Assembly (NCBI GenBank): GCA_009886115.1
Contig: VFJJ01000036.1
Span: forward strand, 10,800 to 74,799
Origin: Actinomycetota bacterium
Lineage (GTDB): Bacteria > Actinomycetota > Acidimicrobiia > IMCC26256 > VFJJ01
DNA length: 64,000 nt
Reading direction: 5' to 3'
The notes under the pieces were generated by a model, which was given only the letters and a program-made list of their open reading frames with translations, searched no databases and was not told the DNA's origin. The position numbers were made by a program, and so were the translations under genes. How positions within the stretch are numbered: position 1 is the first letter of the stretch; every line of letters begins with the position of its first letter. Shown in pieces: positions 61,997 through 64,000 of this stretch.

Positions 61997-64000
61997 ATGA
62001 GCGGATACAGGATCGGCATCGACGTCGGCGGGACGTTCACCGATGTCGTGGCTCGGCGCCCCGACGGCACCCTCGTGCTCGAGAAGGCGCCGACCACGCC
62101 CGACGACCAGTCGCGCGGCGTGCTCGACGCCATCACCCGCGTCGCCGAGGCCGAGGGCACCGACCTCGCAGCGCTGCTCGCGGTCACCGATGCCATCGTG
62201 CACGGCACCACCACCGGCGACAACACCATGATCCAGATGACCGGGGCCTCTGTGGGCCTGCTCGTCACCGAAGGCTTCCGCGACGAGATCGAGTTCCGGC
62301 GTTGCTACAAGGAGAGCATCTGGGACCCCACGCTTCCGGCGCCTGAGCCGATCGCCAAACGGCGGGTGCGCCTCGAGATCGCCGAGCGCATGTCGGCCGA
62401 GGGCGAGATCGTCGACCCCCTCGACGAGACGGCCGTCCGCCATGCGGTGCAACGGCTCCAGCGCTTCGGGGTGACGTCGATCGCCGTCGTGTACCTCCAC
62501 GCATATCTCAACCCGGTGCACGAGCTGCGCACGCGCGAGATCATCATCGAGGAGTACCCGCAGGTCGCCTCGATCTCGCTGTCGCACGAGGTGTTCCCCA
62601 AGCCGCCGGAGTTCGAGCGCACCTCGACCACGCTCGTCAACGCCTACGTGGGCCCACCCATCTCGCGCTACCTCGATCGGCTGGAGGCCGCGCTGCACGG
62701 GGCCGGCTACTCGAACGAGCTCCTGATCGCCACGTCTGCCGGCGGTGTCACCACCCCGATCGCCTTGCAGTCGAAGGCCGTCGCCACGATCGGCTCGGGT
62801 CCGACGGGCGGGGCCATGGCCGCCGCCCGAGCCGCGACCGCCGCCAGGCTCGGCGATGTCGTCTCGGTCGACATGGGCGGCACCTCGTACGACGTGTGCC
62901 TCATCCGCGATGGCCGTCCCGCGGTCACGACCGACTGGAACTGGCGACACCGGTACTGCATCGCCCTGCCGATGGTCGACATCCACTCGATCGGAGCCGG
63001 TGGCGGCTCGGTGGTGCAGGCGGCCAGCGGCATGCTCGAGGTCGGACCCCGGTCGGCCGGATCGCAACCCGGACCCATCTGCTACCGGCGCGGGGGCCAC
63101 GAGCCCTGCGTCACCGACGTCGACCTCGTCCTCGGACGCCTGACACCCCAAGGGTTCTACGGCGGACGGATGACCCTCGACCTCGACGGCGCTCGCGACG
63201 GCCTGGCCAAGGTGGCCGCCGACTCGGGCCTGCCCTCGGCCGACGACGCCGCCGTCGGAGCCGCGGCCATCGTCGACGCGCACATGACCGACGCCGTCCG
63301 CCGCGTGCTCTCGCTGGCCGGAGCCGACCCCCGCGACCTCGACCTCGTGGCCTTCGGGGGGATGGGCGCCGTGCACGCCACCGCCCAGGCCGCGGCGCTG
63401 GGCATGCGTCGGGTGCTCGTGCCTCGCGCCGCCCCAGCCTTCTCTGCCTTGGGCTTGCTGACCGCCGACCACGTCGTCGACTTGACCCAGGGCTACATCG
63501 TCCCGTGGCAGCAGGCCGACATCGCCCGGATCGCGGCCATGGCCGACACCCTCGAGACCCGAGCCCGGACCGAGCTGGCCATCTCGCAGATCCCCGAGGA
63601 ACGTCTGCGGTTCGAATGGTTCTGCAACCTCGTGTACCCCGGCCAGACCTTCGACGTGGCCATCCCGTGCGAGCGCCCGTCCGACGAGTCGCGCGGCGCT
63701 AGCGACGGAGGAGTCCTCGCCGCGGCCGTGGCCGAGTTCCACCGGCGTTACGAGCAAGCGCGGCTCATCGAGGCCCGGGCGCAGGAGCCGGTCTTCAGGG
63801 GATTGCGCCTCGTCGCCACCGGTCTCGTCGACCAGGCCGAGACGGTCACGCTCACATCGGCCGCAGCGCCTGAGCCGGTGGGCACGAGGCGCCTGTACGC
63901 CGGAGACGAGTGGTTCGCCGAGGCCCCCGTCTACGACGGCGAGACCTGGCGTCCGGGCTCCGATGTCACCGGCCCAGCCATCGTGCAGTTCCGCTTCACC
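61997..64000 (+). CDS. hyuA: hydantoinase A / oxoprolinase family protein (partial, continues past window end)
   Basis: It is not in the ORF track because there is no stop in the window. ATG 61997 has AGGAG 7 nt upstream. My translation is MSGYRIGIDVGGTFTDVVARRPDG...LVTEGFRDEIEF...SVDMGGTSYDVCLI, and the frame stays open to 64000. Confidence 0.88.
   Translation, partial: MSGYRIGIDVGGTFTDVVARRPDGTLVLEKAPTTPDDQSRGVLDAITRVAEAEGTDLAALLAVTDAIVHGTTTGDNTMIQMTGASVGLLVTEGFRDEIEFRRCYKESIWDPTLPAPEPIAKRRVRLEIAERMSAEGEIVDPLDETAVRHAVQRLQRFGVTSIAVVYLHAYLNPVHELRTREIIIEEYPQVASISLSHEVFPKPPEFERTSTTLVNAYVGPPISRYLDRLEAALHGAGYSNELLIATSAGGVTTPIALQSKAVATIGSGPTGGAMAAARAATAARLGDVVSVDMGGTSYDVCLIRDGRPAVTTDWNWRHRYCIALPMVDIHSIGAGGGSVVQAASGMLEVGPRSAGSQPGPICYRRGGHEPCVTDVDLVLGRLTPQGFYGGRMTLDLDGARDGLAKVAADSGLPSADDAAVGAAAIVDAHMTDAVRRVLSLAGADPRDLDLVAFGGMGAVHATAQAAALGMRRVLVPRAAPAFSALGLLTADHVVDLTQGYIVPWQQADIARIAAMADTLETRARTELAISQIPEERLRFEWFCNLVYPGQTFDVAIPCERPSDESRGASDGGVLAAAVAEFHRRYEQARLIEARAQEPVFRGLRLVATGLVDQAETVTLTSAAAPEPVGTRRLYAGDEWFAEAPVYDGETWRPGSDVTGPAIVQFRFT

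Noticed and set aside
59336-63757. Two long minus-strand ORFs (617 aa and 612 aa) covering the hyuB-RDD-hyuA region.
   Set aside because: Their composition is shadow-frame-like (runs of R, G, D, V, H) and they have no recognisable motifs. The plus strand encodes hydantoinase B and A with diagnostic motifs (DPYHGGGHLPD, GIDVGGTFTD).

Overview
This is a 64-kb window from a very GC-rich (about 70%) chromosome. Gene content and codon bias look like Actinomycetota, but the taxon cannot be verified here. All family calls rest on motifs I recognise in the translations; I ran no BLAST or HMM search.

I support about 52 protein-coding genes: two are partial at the window edges and two are probable pseudogenes. 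I found no rRNA, tRNA, CRISPR array, transposase, integrase or phage gene.

Functional blocks:
- 0.4-4.3 kb: Clp_N-domain protein plus aminopeptidase N.
- 4.4-8.7 kb: hydrolase, RarD and a molybdopterin oxidoreductase.
- 8.8-19 kb: acyl-CoA metabolism (acyl-CoA dehydrogenases, enoyl-CoA hydratases, a thiolase-like protein, a TetR regulator), plus a PAP2 protein, ArfB, a 2-hydroxyacid dehydrogenase and a truncated serine hydrolase.
- 19.7-30.3 kb: polyamine-type island (Lrp regulator, FAD oxidase, PotA/D/B/C, amine oxidase, aminotransferase) with an embedded photolyase.
- 30.5-33.7 kb: Rpf-like transglycosylase and a two-subunit GMC dehydrogenase.
- 33.7-40 kb: second beta-oxidation-like block (SDR, acyl-CoA dehydrogenase, acyl-CoA synthetase, SDR, MaoC, TetR).
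- 40.1-45.2 kb: unusual Liv-type ABC transporter made of two giant fusion proteins, with no binding-protein gene.
- 45.2-46.4 kb: DUF559/AbiEi-like gene bracketed by inverted 47-bp palindromic elements.
- 46.4-57.3 kb: amidohydrolases plus a second Liv system (LivHM fusion, LivG, LivF) flanked by two lipoprotein binding proteins.
- 57.4-64 kb: decayed BKACE gene, SDR, hyuB-RDD-hyuA.

The window is very rich in short tandem duplications with 9-30 bp units. Several sit exactly on stop codons or in frame inside enzymes. It also has long perfect hairpins without U-tracts at operon ends, and a 17-21 bp motif shared by three promoter regions.

Most long ORFs in the supplied track are Arg/Pro/Gly-rich shadow frames opposite or out of frame with real genes, and I rejected them.
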